64,000 nucleotides of DNA from an uncultured Lentisphaeraceae bacterium (GCA_949282555.1 CASDPK010000011.1:2896-66895); one strand, 5' to 3'. Positions 1 to 11,159 are shown, counted from the stretch's first letter. Notes: generated by a model from the sequence alone, not told the origin. Translations and numbers: made by a program.

Positions 1-35
1 ACTGACACACGAACTTTACGGGAGAGATACTGTAA

Positions 36-425
36 ATGAGAAGTTATAGACAACAGATGAAGAACAGGCTAAAGGGCCTCCTTATGAGGCGGGAAGCCAT
101 TCGTTTGGCTGGCCAATGTGAAGCATTGGACAAGAATGGAGATTATGCAGAGACAGCCAAACGCCTTCATTGGCTATGGAAAAGATATAAATATTATGCT
201 GCAGCAAGTATACTTGGATATTACTATTATGAAGGGCTTGGCGTGCAACGTAATACTCGGAAAGGTTTTCATTTCTCCAAGTTGGCGATGAGAGATCATG
301 AAGATGCCATTTTAATCCATAACGTTGCAGTCTCATACCTCGATGGAGACGGTGTCGCGCAAAATCTAAAGCGTGGATGGCGTTTGCAAAATCGAGCCAT
401 TCGATTGGGATATGAAGTTAAATAA
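36..425 (+). CDS. Sel1-like repeat (SLR/TPR) protein
   Basis: Two SLR-like units: LGYYYYEGLGVQRNTRKG and VAVSYLDGDGVAQNLKRG; GGAGA RBS upstream. Confidence 0.75.
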   Translation: MRSYRQQMKNRLKGLLMRREAIRLAGQCEALDKNGDYAETAKRLHWLWKRYKYYAAASILGYYYYEGLGVQRNTRKGFHFSKLAMRDHEDAILIHNVAVSYLDGDGVAQNLKRGWRLQNRAIRLGYEVK

Positions 426-717
426 CGTTGTGTCCATTCGCCCTATCTTCTTGGGCAACACTAACACGTTCTAGCGCCACTGGATTCCTTGCCACCAGTC
501 GTGTGATTTCTCGCTGGACAATGCCCGTGTTGCGGGATATACTGTGGTTGCGTTTTGGTTCTGTCCTGATGCGCGGAGGCGCAGTCTGTCAACGAGGTGT
601 CATCATGAAGTTAGGCCTTCGGTCAGAGCCTGTCCGTCTTCTCCTCTTAGGCAAGGGAGCATTGCATTGTGGGCAAATGGGTCTCTAGCATCCTTATCGT
701 GGGATGTCCTTCATTGT

Positions 718-1626
718 ATGGGAGCGTGCGATAGAAAGGCATATATGGTTCACGTTTACCCTTTTTTAAGCCAATCCAAAGGCCTCGTTTTGTGTCGAAT
801 AGGACGTGAAACGATGGGGACTTATGGATGGGATCTTGAAAGTGACACATTTCAAGTGGGACAGTGGATACGCGCAAAGATTTACCAGTGTCGGTGCGAT
901 TTGTCACATGATGGAAACTATTTCATCTATTTTGCGTATCAACCACGATGGGACAATCTTGCCGGTTCATACGGACATTCTCAAACGAAGCGTCCTCCGG
1001 AGAGTTGGACGGCCATTTCACGTGCGCCTTATCTCACGGCGGTCGATTTTATCCCTTGGGAAAATGGGGGCACATGGAACGGCGGCGGTGTGTTCTTGGA
1101 CGACACGCACGTTTATGTCAACCTAATGCCCGATTCGTGGGGGACGCTTGACGGGCGAATTTCCCCACCAGGCTATCACTACGTTTCCAAGCCCAAACCT
1201 AGTGAATATTATGGTGGTGAAGATTTGACACCTCTTTTGATGCGGTTGCGGTGTCATGGATGGGAACTTGATCCAAATCCAGACGTAGGCTATCTTCTGA
1301 CCAAAAGGATAACCGACACATTGGTACTTCAAAAAGAGTGCCTTGACCGTGAGCGGGAAACAAACAACGTGTGTTCTTTAGAGGGGGACACGTTGCTTCA
1401 AGTCAATGGATGGTGTGATTATGATGCCCCACGTGGCCGCCTTGTTATGGAAGAAAGGTGTGTTCTGTATGCGTGGGCGCTTGAGGACATTGAGCGTGGG
1501 CGTGACTATCTTTCATCGCGCAGGAAGTTATTCTCATTCCAAACGGTCAAACCCGTGTTTTCTCCCGCGCCCTATGCGTCTTTGTGGAAACGTCCTTGCC
1601 CTCACGGTGCCCCCTCAACGCGCTAA
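718..1626 (+). CDS. conserved hypothetical protein
   Basis: Long ORF with WDLESDTFQVGQW..KIY..RCDLSHDGNYFIYFA, resembling a bacterial family of unknown function; ATG 718 chosen, start uncertain. Confidence 0.65.
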   Translation: MGACDRKAYMVHVYPFLSQSKGLVLCRIGRETMGTYGWDLESDTFQVGQWIRAKIYQCRCDLSHDGNYFIYFAYQPRWDNLAGSYGHSQTKRPPESWTAISRAPYLTAVDFIPWENGGTWNGGGVFLDDTHVYVNLMPDSWGTLDGRISPPGYHYVSKPKPSEYYGGEDLTPLLMRLRCHGWELDPNPDVGYLLTKRITDTLVLQKECLDRERETNNVCSLEGDTLLQVNGWCDYDAPRGRLVMEERCVLYAWALEDIERGRDYLSSRRKLFSFQTVKPVFSPAPYASLWKRPCPHGAPSTR

Positions 1627-1637
1627 TGGAGAAGATT

Positions 1638-2240
1638 ATGAAGGTCGTTTTATTTGGGATGACGGTTCTTGCGATGTTTCATGTCGCGTTTGGAGAATCC
1701 AACCGCGACGTGGAGAGCGTGCATGGTGCTACCACGATTGAGGGATCTGCGGAGGTTGGCATTTCCTCTCCAATCTATGGAGATTCGAGTGAACACTGGG
1801 GATGTTGCGGAGAGTCTTTGGCGGTGTTGCACGGGATTCGCTTCCGGGAATTGGTGAAGTCCGGTTCGCGTTCGCGTCAAAAATTCACGGCGGAGTCGGC
1901 AACCATCGTTGATGCGTGGTTGTCGATGGGATCGATGCAACCAAAATCGTCTTGGACCCCTTTGCAACACCGTTTCTATGAAGTCTTTGACAATGATTCA
2001 TTTTGGGAAAAGATAAATGACCTTCAGCTTAGGCAAGGAGAGATCGAAAGTGAACTTATGAATAATTTGCGCAAACAGTGGGAGGTCATTTATGGATATG
2101 TCGTCTCCAAAGGCGTGCTATCGCAAGAAGAGTGGGATGTTGTGTCAGAGAAACTGAAAGCGGCAACAACGCCTGAAGAGCGCAATGCCGTCCTTTGGCA
2201 CTATCTTAAGGACAAGCACCCCCAACGAGAGCGCCGCTAA
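1638..2240 (+). CDS. secreted hypothetical protein
   Basis: GGAGAAG RBS then MKVVLFGMTVLAMFHVAFG signal peptide. Confidence 0.65.
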   Translation: MKVVLFGMTVLAMFHVAFGESNRDVESVHGATTIEGSAEVGISSPIYGDSSEHWGCCGESLAVLHGIRFRELVKSGSRSRQKFTAESATIVDAWLSMGSMQPKSSWTPLQHRFYEVFDNDSFWEKINDLQLRQGEIESELMNNLRKQWEVIYGYVVSKGVLSQEEWDVVSEKLKAATTPEERNAVLWHYLKDKHPQRERR

Positions 2241-2324
2241 GCATGTCCAAGGTCGCTCATGATTGGCGGGACGGTGTGATATACTCCCCTCGTCGAAGCG
2301 GGTCATGGAGCGGATAGCTATGAC

Positions 2325-2687
2325 GTGCGCTTTGCGGTGTATGACAACATTGGAGAGGCAATGCTACGCATGGTCTGGTCGGTTTTGGGTTACGCGCTGT
2401 TGCACTTTCTTGTGCTGGTGGGTTCTCTTATGGTCTGTTACGGTTCCTCCATGGCGGCCTTTGATGGGTACGCCGAGGCCTTTGACCGTTTCGTGATGGG
2501 CGTGCATTTGGATGTGTTGCCCTCCATTTTGGGGCAACCGGCGTTTTTTGTTGCGGAATCTTTTGGGGTGAGAGGTGGATCGTTTGGGGAGTGGGGGCTT
2601 TTTGTTTTGAACAGTCTGTTATGGGGGGCGATGATTGCGTTTATTCGGCGCATGTTCAGAAAGTTCACGAAACGACACGATGTGTAG
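2325..2687 (+). CDS. small membrane protein
   Basis: 2-3 hydrophobic segments; start may be ATG 2361 after GGAGAGG. Confidence 0.5.
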   Translation: MRFAVYDNIGEAMLRMVWSVLGYALLHFLVLVGSLMVCYGSSMAAFDGYAEAFDRFVMGVHLDVLPSILGQPAFFVAESFGVRGGSFGEWGLFVLNSLLWGAMIAFIRRMFRKFTKRHDV

Positions 2688-2803
2688 TCTATGACTATCG
2701 CCCTAAAGACGAAAAGGGCAGAACCAAACGAGGGGACGGCCTTACCCCGCCGAACGTTCAGGCTCCTCGGAATGGTGAAGGAAAATGATTGGCTCAACGG
2801 GCC

Positions 2804-3808
2804 TTATGATTTCCCTTCATGCGTAGAACGTTGTTTGGGGTTCAACTCTTCGTACGCATCTTCCCAAAAGCACATATCCATGGGTTTCATGGGTGGATAA
2901 TCAATGCCATGTGCATTACCCAATTCCCGACGTAACGGCTCAAACACGTCAAAATGATCACAATAGAACTTGGCGATTCTCCGGACAGAATCTGAATCTG
3001 AATCGTATTTGCCATTCGATACATGGTGCTTTTTGATGGAGTGCACAAAGTAACGGTCATAAGCTGGCACGCAACCGAATGTGCCAAGCAGAATCTTCGT
3101 TATGAGCGTATCTGTCACATTGTGTTTATAGCAGACTTTGATTTGTTTACTGACTTCTTCCAATAGGGAAAGAGTTTTGTCTTGGCAAAGGTCTTGGGCG
3201 GAAATGCCGAAGAGCACGCTATATTCCTCTTCTAGAATTATATTCACAACAGGAATATGCACCTTGTAATCCTTTTGCAACAGGAAGGAAGACCCTCGGT
3301 ACATCCCCCAACTGGCTAGATAGAACGCGAGATGAAGCGCCAGATGGTCGATCGCTTGCTCATCGGCGTTGTTTCTTTTTTCTGAAAAGGCTTTATAGCA
3401 GTGTTCCCAAGACAGATATCTGTGGTGGTTGTCTTTTCGGGTTTTGCCGTAATACCTATTTATGAGGCCTTTGGCTCGTTTCGCTGTCATTGTGATGGTC
3501 TGCTGTTTCGCTTTAGGGGACGACACTTTCGTGGCCACTGAGTCTGAACGGCGGGTCTTTTTGTTTTCTTTTCGCTTAGAAGAAGGCACTTCACAAAGAG
3601 AATATCGTGCAGGGCGTGCCCCTGAGCGGCTGATTCGATTGCTACCCACAAGGGATTTGAGTGTGGAGTAGATGTAGGGCGCGTGGCGTTTGTCGCCATA
3701 AATGGCTTCTGCCAATTCGCTTTGCGTCATTTCCTCTTTATCTCGGAGCCACGACACTATTTTCTCTTTTAGGTTCATGCTGCTGCTCTTTTTTGTAATG
3801 AATCCCAT
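2804..3808 (-). CDS. winged-HTH domain fused to conserved unknown helical domain (possibly HhH-glycosylase-like)
   Basis: GAAAGGAG RBS before ATG 3808; N-terminal MTQSELAEAIYG HTH; C-terminal RYLSWEHCY, LAFYLASWGMYRGSSFL, ITKILLGTFGCVPAYDRYF. Confidence 0.7.
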   Translation of the reverse strand: MGFITKKSSSMNLKEKIVSWLRDKEEMTQSELAEAIYGDKRHAPYIYSTLKSLVGSNRISRSGARPARYSLCEVPSSKRKENKKTRRSDSVATKVSSPKAKQQTITMTAKRAKGLINRYYGKTRKDNHHRYLSWEHCYKAFSEKRNNADEQAIDHLALHLAFYLASWGMYRGSSFLLQKDYKVHIPVVNIILEEEYSVLFGISAQDLCQDKTLSLLEEVSKQIKVCYKHNVTDTLITKILLGTFGCVPAYDRYFVHSIKKHHVSNGKYDSDSDSVRRIAKFYCDHFDVFEPLRRELGNAHGIDYPPMKPMDMCFWEDAYEELNPKQRSTHEGKS

Positions 3809-3818
3809 TTCGCTCCTT

Positions 3819-4574
3819 TCATGAAAGGGACTGCGGGGATGGTGGTGCGTAGGTGGCGGTGGCGCGGGCGAGGAGGAGCCCGTCGGGTTCGCGCGTGACG
3901 GTGTGGGCGTAGCGGTTGGGGGCGAGGCCGTAGGTGCGGACACGGACGGTGTCGCCGAGGCGGGCGGCCTGTTTGTACTCGATGTCGAAGGCAACGGGGG
4001 CTGACCCAAAGAAGCGCGCTTCCGGCAAGGTCTCGAACATCCAGCGGGTGTAGTGTCCGTTGTTGACGTGGAGATTGGCATCGATCTCGGCGCGGCGGAC
4101 GGGGAAGATGGCTTCGCCCAAGAGTGGGGCATCGGAAGGAATCGGGTGGGGGCGTTCGGCGCACAGGCCGAGGTTGAGGGTCCCGGGGCGGGCGAGGGCA
4201 TGGACGGCTTCGGGGAGACGGGCCAATTTCTGAGCCGCAAAGTCCACGCAAAGCCACTCGCTGGAGGCTTCAAGGAGGGAATCGCCCGTGGGGCCCGTCA
4301 TTCGGAATTGGCGTTCGGCGATGAGGCGTCCGCGGACGCCGCTGGGCCAAGTGTCCACGCAGACCTCGTCTTTCCACGCTGGGAGGGCATGAAGACGGAG
4401 GGCGAGGCGTCCGAGCATCCATGTGAGGCCGGCGTCGCGGAGGGTTTGGAGGCCAACGCCGAGGGCGTCGGCGTGGAGTCCCGCGGCCTCTTGGAGGAGG
4501 TCGGTGAGGGCGGGCAGGGAGGCCTTGAGACCGGTGAGGCATTGCGCGGCCGTGATGGGAAAGCGGTAGATCAT
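3819..4574 (-). CDS. acyl-ACP thioesterase (double hot-dog)
   Basis: LLQEAAGLHA, TWML, EIDANLHVNNGHY motifs. Confidence 0.85.
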   Translation of the reverse strand: MIYRFPITAAQCLTGLKASLPALTDLLQEAAGLHADALGVGLQTLRDAGLTWMLGRLALRLHALPAWKDEVCVDTWPSGVRGRLIAERQFRMTGPTGDSLLEASSEWLCVDFAAQKLARLPEAVHALARPGTLNLGLCAERPHPIPSDAPLLGEAIFPVRRAEIDANLHVNNGHYTRWMFETLPEARFFGSAPVAFDIEYKQAARLGDTVRVRTYGLAPNRYAHTVTREPDGLLLARATATYAPPSPQSLS

Positions 4575-4609
4575 GATGGGCTCCGAAGCGGTGCGGCCGT
4601 TGTCTGGGA

Positions 4610-6463
4610 TTAGGGCACAAAGGCCGCATAGAACCAAAAGGTTTTGGCGAAGCGATTGCGGAAGGCGGGGTCGGAGGGGGCGGATCGATTTTGGGAGAGC
4701 CGTTGGAAGTCGGCGAACGCTTGCGGCATTCCGGGGGAGAAAAGATCGGCGGTGAGGCGGGGCTGTTCGGCCGGCGGCAGGGTGGAGGCGGCGGCGAGCA
4801 ACCCCTGCTGGAAGGCCCGCGGAAGGGGCCGCTGGGTCCAAACGCGGAGAATGACGTCGTAGTTCTCAATCAGGGGCGTAAGGTCTTTTCGCAGGAGGGA
4901 GGCGCAGAGGTAGAGGGCGACCATGTCGCGGTCGCCGTTTTTCAACACGGCGTAGCGGTTGTAGATGCCGGGTTCCAGCCGCTTGTCGCCTTCGAAGATG
5001 GGGCTCCCGGAATCAAGGCAAAGGCGGCGGTGGAGGTTGGCCACGCGCAGGAGCTCGCCATCGGGCCGACCTTCTCCCCGGGAGAGGGCCAAGAGGGTGT
5101 CGCCTTCGGAGCGTCGCAGAGGGATGCGCCGCAGTTGGAGGGCGTAGCGGCGGGCAAGGGCGGATTCCCCGCAGACCAGCGCCGTTCGGGCCAGCAACGC
5201 GAGCTTTGGGGCTGACCATCCCTTATTGACGACGCTTTCGTAACACCAGCGCCGGGCGAGTTGGACGATGCCGTAGTGGTAGAGCAGGGTGTAGCCATCC
5301 AACTCCATGGTATCGATGGTGGTGGCGTTGTGGGAGACCTTCCAAGGGAGATCGAAGAGGTGGTCTTCCAATTGTCCGGTGCGCCAAAGTGCATGGATGC
5401 GGTAGGCCGCGAGCATCCGGTGGTTCACCACACGTTCGTCGGGGACGGCAAGGATGCGCGCCATGTCGCCCCGCTCCAGCGCCCGTTCGCAGGCGAGCAC
5501 GTCCATAAGCGGATGAATCGGATCCATCGCGCAGAAAATCGCGATCCCAAAAAAGACCGTGGGGGCGGCGCCGCGCAAGAGAGACGCGACGGGGCACGGA
5601 AGTTTTGGGCGGCACGGGAACTTGGGCAGACGGATTCGGCTTTGCCACGGGGCAAGCGTCAACGCAAGGAAAAGGAGGAGGGTGGCGGTGTCCCAAAAGA
5701 AGGCACCCTTCTCCACGAGAATGGGGACGTTGGCGATGAGCAGCGTGTCCCACGCGGGATCAGCGAGGTTGCCCCATTGCCATAGGCAAGGCAAGAGGGC
5801 GGAAATCGCCAAGAGCAGCACCCGCGTCCGTCGTGTTTGATTGGGCAGGGTTGCCGCGACCACACCTCCCATCAGGGTCGGAGTTCCGCAAAGTGGGTAA
5901 AGCACCGGGAGCAGAAACGCCGCCCAGCCTCCGAAACGTGTCACGCTTCCCGATAGCGACAGGAGAACCGCCCATGCCAGCAGATAGAGCATTGGGAAGG
6001 ATGCATCGGCGAAGAGCCACACGCTGAATCCGCAGTAGGCCACTTGCCAAACCACGACGGCAAAGGGTAGGGGAGCCGCCCAAAGGGGCAGACGCGCCCA
6101 ACGGCGGCCCAGTGCGGTGACGCCAAGCCCGAGGAGCAGAAACAGCGTCAGTCCCAGCGCAGGCAGCGCCCAAAATGCGGAAAGGAGTCCTGCCAACCAG
6201 TGCAAGGCGCCCCCCGGGAGTGGGCTCAGCGCGGCTTCGCAGAACCCCGCCCAATCGGCGAATGCACAGGTTCGCACGCCGAGTTTATGGAGCAACGGCC
6301 ATTCCGCCGCCGCCACGGCACAGACCGAAAGCAGGCACGCAAGGAACGCGGGGTGCCGCACACGCACGCGCCGCCACACGGAGGCACGCTCGGGCGCCGG
6401 CGTGGGCGCTTTGGCGGGGCGTCCATCCGGGGCAGGCTGCGAAGGCCGAACACGCTTTCCCAT
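4610..6463 (-). CDS. DUF6057-like membrane protein
   Basis: Multi-TM N-half; C-terminal ARRWCYES..LARTALVCGESALARRY pattern. Confidence 0.65.
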   Translation of the reverse strand: MGKRVRPSQPAPDGRPAKAPTPAPERASVWRRVRVRHPAFLACLLSVCAVAAAEWPLLHKLGVRTCAFADWAGFCEAALSPLPGGALHWLAGLLSAFWALPALGLTLFLLLGLGVTALGRRWARLPLWAAPLPFAVVVWQVAYCGFSVWLFADASFPMLYLLAWAVLLSLSGSVTRFGGWAAFLLPVLYPLCGTPTLMGGVVAATLPNQTRRTRVLLLAISALLPCLWQWGNLADPAWDTLLIANVPILVEKGAFFWDTATLLLFLALTLAPWQSRIRLPKFPCRPKLPCPVASLLRGAAPTVFFGIAIFCAMDPIHPLMDVLACERALERGDMARILAVPDERVVNHRMLAAYRIHALWRTGQLEDHLFDLPWKVSHNATTIDTMELDGYTLLYHYGIVQLARRWCYESVVNKGWSAPKLALLARTALVCGESALARRYALQLRRIPLRRSEGDTLLALSRGEGRPDGELLRVANLHRRLCLDSGSPIFEGDKRLEPGIYNRYAVLKNGDRDMVALYLCASLLRKDLTPLIENYDVILRVWTQRPLPRAFQQGLLAAASTLPPAEQPRLTADLFSPGMPQAFADFQRLSQNRSAPSDPAFRNRFAKTFWFYAAFVP

Positions 6464-6465
6464 GG

Positions 6466-7080
6466 TCACACCCCACATTCATGGAGCGCCCGTTGCGCCT
6501 CCGCCACGGAGACAAAGCGATGGGCGTGCCAACCGCAAGCGCGGGCGGCATCCACATTGGCTTGCGTGTCATCGAGGAACAGAAGCGCCTCCGGCGGAAG
6601 GCCGATTCGCCGAACCATGAGGTCATAGATCGCCGGATTCGGCTTGACGATGTGTTCGGCGCCGGAGACCACCTCCGCGTCGGCCAATGCACGGAAGCCC
6701 GCCGCACAGCGATCGAACCACGGCAGAAAGGCCGTGGGCATGTTCGTGAGAATGCCGATGCGAAACCCCCGGCGCTTGAGCTCCTGCGCCCATGCGAAGG
6801 TTTCGGGATTGGGTCGCGCCCACGCATCGAAATCCAGCTTCGCCAAGGTGTTCAGCGTCTCTTCCGTCAGCTGGGTTCCGAAGTCTTCGGCCATGCGGCG
6901 ATAGAGCGCCTGCGCCGAAAGGGTGTCTGCGTCCATGCCCGAACGGTGCCGCCGCCAACCCTCCAGTGTCCGTTCCGGAAGCCAGCCGGTCAGCGCTTGC
7001 ACGCGAGGCAGGAAGGTGGGGTCCATCGGCAGCGAAATCACACCGCCAAAATCAAAGACAATGCCGCGAATCGCTTTCAT
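6466..7080 (-). CDS. HAD-family phosphatase
   Basis: FDFGGV motif I, LTN, KP, FLDD motifs. Confidence 0.9.
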   Translation of the reverse strand: MKAIRGIVFDFGGVISLPMDPTFLPRVQALTGWLPERTLEGWRRHRSGMDADTLSAQALYRRMAEDFGTQLTEETLNTLAKLDFDAWARPNPETFAWAQELKRRGFRIGILTNMPTAFLPWFDRCAAGFRALADAEVVSGAEHIVKPNPAIYDLMVRRIGLPPEALLFLDDTQANVDAARACGWHAHRFVSVAEAQRALHECGV

Positions 7081-7134
7081 GTTCGCTAGTTTAGCACAAT
7101 GGCCCTCGGGGGATGATGCGTCCGTGGAAAACCC

Positions 7135-7163
7135 TTGACCATGCCTTGCCGTTATGCTATCTT
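7135..7163 (+). promoter_or_regulatory. sigma70 promoter for first tRNA-Thr
   Basis: TTGACC-17 bp-TATCTT with TGn extension. Confidence 0.6.
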
Positions 7164-7178
7164 ACGCCGCGTTTTTGC

Positions 7179-7254
<76 letters not shown>

Positions 7255-7278
7255 TATCCCCCGCGCAAAACAAAGTAC

Positions 7279-7308
7279 TTGACCCGTTCCCTCTGGGTGT
7301 GGTATAGT
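7279..7308 (+). promoter_or_regulatory. sigma70 promoter for second tRNA-Thr/tuf
   Basis: TTGACC-18 bp-TATAGT with TGn. Confidence 0.6.
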
Positions 7309-7388
7309 TGCGGGACTTTCTTCCTTCGGTGTGCCCACACGGCACGTTGGAGGGAGAGACGCAAGGGCACCCGAGAGGGTGCGTTTGT

Positions 7389-7464
<76 letters not shown>

Positions 7465-7507
7465 TAACACAGGCAACCCAACCCTTCTGTTCACAGGAGA
7501 CAGAGAA

Positions 7508-8713
<1,206 letters not shown>

Positions 8714-8735
8714 GCTCTCCTCCTGTGAACAGCTA

Positions 8736-8773
8736 GGCTCTGGGGCGGCAAGCCCCGCCCCAGAGCCGCTTTT
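8736..8773 (+). terminator. hairpin after tuf (possible terminator/attenuator)
   Basis: GGCTCTGGGGCGG...CCGCCCCAGAGCC followed by a short T-run. Confidence 0.5.
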
Positions 8774-8794
8774 CCGAGAAGAAAGGGATTTCCC

Positions 8795-8947
8795 ATGCCC
8801 CGTGAACTCGCGATTTTGGCTTGCACCGAGTGCAAGCGCCGCAACTATACGACGACCCGCAACAAGAAGACGCAGACCGAGCGCGTTGAGCTCATGAAGT
8901 TCTGCCCCTTCGAGAAGAAGCGCACGCTTCACCGCGAGACGAAGTAA
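8795..8947 (+). CDS. rpmG: 50S ribosomal protein L33
   Basis: Translated by hand (below ORF-track cutoff): [50 protein letters not shown]; canonical position. Confidence 0.95.
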   Translation: MPRELAILACTECKRRNYTTTRNKKTQTERVELMKFCPFEKKRTLHRETK

Positions 8948-8972
8948 GCTCCAGCGGCAACCCATTTGCCAT

Positions 8973-9046
8973 AGGGTGGTAGTTCAATGGCAGAGCAGCA
9001 GTCTCCAAAACTGCCTATGGGGGTTCGAATCCCTCCCACCCTGCCA
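8973..9046 (+). tRNA. tRNA-Trp(CCA)
   Basis: Anticodon arm GCAGT-CTCCAAA-ACTGC; CCA end; canonical position before secE. Confidence 0.93.
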
Positions 9047-9069
9047 TAAAGACCGGAGTGCCAAGCGCC

Positions 9070-9264
9070 ATGTTTCAGAAGATTAGACAGTTTCTCGGCG
9101 ACGTCGCATTGGAGGGCAGGCGTATCAGTTGGCCCAACCGTCGCGATTTGGTCGATTCCTCTCTCGTGGTGATTGTCTTCATCGTTTTGCTGGCCATCGT
9201 GATCATGGCCTGCGACGAAGTCATCCGGACGCTTCTCCGCTTGGTGCTGGGCGGGGAGGCCTGA
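9070..9264 (+). CDS. secE: preprotein translocase SecE
   Basis: ISWPNR motif plus single TM; between tRNA-Trp and nusG. Confidence 0.9.
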   Translation: MFQKIRQFLGDVALEGRRISWPNRRDLVDSSLVVIVFIVLLAIVIMACDEVIRTLLRLVLGGEA

Positions 9265-9297
9265 ATTCTTTGAGCCCCTTTTTCAAGGACGCGCGCA

Positions 9298-9933
9298 ATG
9301 GCGGAAATGCAGAAGCAGTGGTATGTGATCCAGGCCCTCACCGGTCAGGAGCAGAAGGCGCAGCGTCAGATTGTCGCACAGGCCCGTTCGGCGGGGTTGT
9401 GCGAATATTTCGATATTCCCGTTGAGCCCAAGAAGGGCGAAGTCCTCAACGACTTCAACGTGGTGGTGCCTACGGAGCGGGTGGCGGAATTCAAAGAGGG
9501 CAAAAAGCGCATCGTCACGCGTAAGCTGTGCCCCGGGTATGTGGTTGTCCGCATGGCCCTCTACGAAGACGAAGCGCATCGCCAGATCCGTCAGGAGCTG
9601 TGGCAGTTCATCCAGAACATCCCCGGCGTCATCGGATTCCTTGGCGGAACGAGCACCAAGCCCCGGCCCATCACGCAGGAAGAGGCCGACAATCTCCTGC
9701 ACCGTGTGGCTGCCGATGAGGCCAAGAAGCCGAAACTCAAAGTCGTTTTCCAAGTCGGAGAAACCGTTCGTGTCAATGAAGGGCCGTTCATGAACTTCAA
9801 TGGCACGATCGAGCAAATCGATCCTGACAGCGGGCGCCTGCAAATTTCCGTTTCGATTTTCGGACGCAGTGCCCCTGTCACGCTGGAATATTGGCAGGTG
9901 GAGCGGGTGACCGACCACCCCGAGGGCGTCTGA
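9298..9933 (+). CDS. nusG: transcription termination/antitermination factor NusG
   Basis: WYVIQ, PGYV, KOW motif GPFMNFNG, IFGR. Confidence 0.97.
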   Translation: MAEMQKQWYVIQALTGQEQKAQRQIVAQARSAGLCEYFDIPVEPKKGEVLNDFNVVVPTERVAEFKEGKKRIVTRKLCPGYVVVRMALYEDEAHRQIRQELWQFIQNIPGVIGFLGGTSTKPRPITQEEADNLLHRVAADEAKKPKLKVVFQVGETVRVNEGPFMNFNGTIEQIDPDSGRLQISVSIFGRSAPVTLEYWQVERVTDHPEGV

Positions 9934-10028
9934 CGCCCTCTGTCTTTTTCGGCGTATCGTTGACGGCCGTGCGTTTGCACCGGGAAAGGATCCCCGGGAG
10001 CGTGGCATAAGACAAAAGGACCATACCA

Positions 10029-10454
10029 ATGGCTAAGAAAGTCACCGGGATGATCAAGCTCCAGATTCCCGCCGGAGCCGCGAATCCCGCGCCGCCCGTC
10101 GGCCCCGCGTTGGGCTCCCAGGGCGTGAACATCATGGCGTTCTGCAAGGAATTCAACGCCAAGACCCAGGACAAGGGCGGCATGATCATCCCCGTGGTCA
10201 TCACCGTTTATGCCGACCGCTCCTTCACCTTCGTTCTCAAGAGCCCGCCGGCTTCGGCCCTCATCAAGAAATACGCCAACCTTCCCAAGGGGTCGGGCAA
10301 GCCCAACACCGAGAAGGCCGGCAAGATCACCCGTGCGCAGATCGCCGAGATCGTGAAGATCAAGGCCGCTGATCTGAACGCCACGGATCCCGAGGCCGCC
10401 GCCCGCATGATCGAGGGCACCGCGCGCCAGATGGGCGTGGACGTCGTTGACTGA
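10029..10454 (+). CDS. rplK: 50S ribosomal protein L11
   Basis: [12 protein letters not shown] motif. Confidence 0.98.
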   Translation: MAKKVTGMIKLQIPAGAANPAPPVGPALGSQGVNIMAFCKEFNAKTQDKGGMIIPVVITVYADRSFTFVLKSPPASALIKKYANLPKGSGKPNTEKAGKITRAQIAEIVKIKAADLNATDPEAAARMIEGTARQMGVDVVD

Positions 10455-10468
10455 GGAGACTGAGCATC

Positions 10469-11152
10469 ATGGCAAAGCATAGCAAGAAGTACCAGGACGC
10501 TCTCAAGAAGGCTCCTAAGGCCGCCGTCACCCTTGAGGAGGCCGTCGCTTTCATCAAGGCCAATCCCGGCGCGAAGTTCGATGAGACGGTGGATGTGGGC
10601 ATGCGCCTTGGCGCTGATCCGACCAAGAGCGATCAGGCCGTCCGTGGCGTTGTCCATCTGCCGCACGGCACCGGTAAGCATGTCCGCGTGGTGGTGTTCG
10701 CCGCCGGCGACATGGCGGATGCCGCGAAGGCCGCCGGCGCTGACGCCGTCGGTCTCGATGACCTCATCGAGAAGGTCAAGGGTGGCTGGACGGATTTCGA
10801 CGTGGCCATCGCCACCACCGACGCGATGAAGCAGGTGCGTACCGTGGCCCGCGTGCTCGGCCCCCGTGGTCTGATGCCGAACCCCAAGACGGGCACGGTG
10901 ACGGACGACGTCGCCTCCGCCGTCAAGGCCGCTCAGGCCGGTAAGGTGGATTTCCGCATGGATCGCACGGGGAACGTCTGCGTTCCCGCTGGTAAGCTCA
11001 GCTTTGAGGCTTCCAAGCTCGTTGACAACATCCGCGCGATCATCGAGGCCGTTGAGCACGAGCGTCCTGCCGCCGCCAAGGGCGTCTTTGTCCGTAGTTG
11101 CACGATCAGCCCCACCATGGGCGTCGGCGTGCGCGTCCTTGTGAAGGAGTAA
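10469..11152 (+). CDS. rplA: 50S ribosomal protein L1
   Basis: KFDETV, LPHGTGK, LGPRGLMPNPKTGTV. Confidence 0.98.
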   Translation: MAKHSKKYQDALKKAPKAAVTLEEAVAFIKANPGAKFDETVDVGMRLGADPTKSDQAVRGVVHLPHGTGKHVRVVVFAAGDMADAAKAAGADAVGLDDLIEKVKGGWTDFDVAIATTDAMKQVRTVARVLGPRGLMPNPKTGTVTDDVASAVKAAQAGKVDFRMDRTGNVCVPAGKLSFEASKLVDNIRAIIEAVEHERPAAAKGVFVRSCTISPTMGVGVRVLVKE

Positions 11153-11159
11153 GCACACC

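Noticed and set aside
417..616. Possible integron attC (CTAAC near 461 and GTTAGGC at 610)
   Set aside because: No convincing inner palindrome, and later gene spacers are too short or lack the motif
9934..10028. Possible L1-binding leader before rplK
   Set aside because: A GGGAG is present but I could not build the consensus structure by eye
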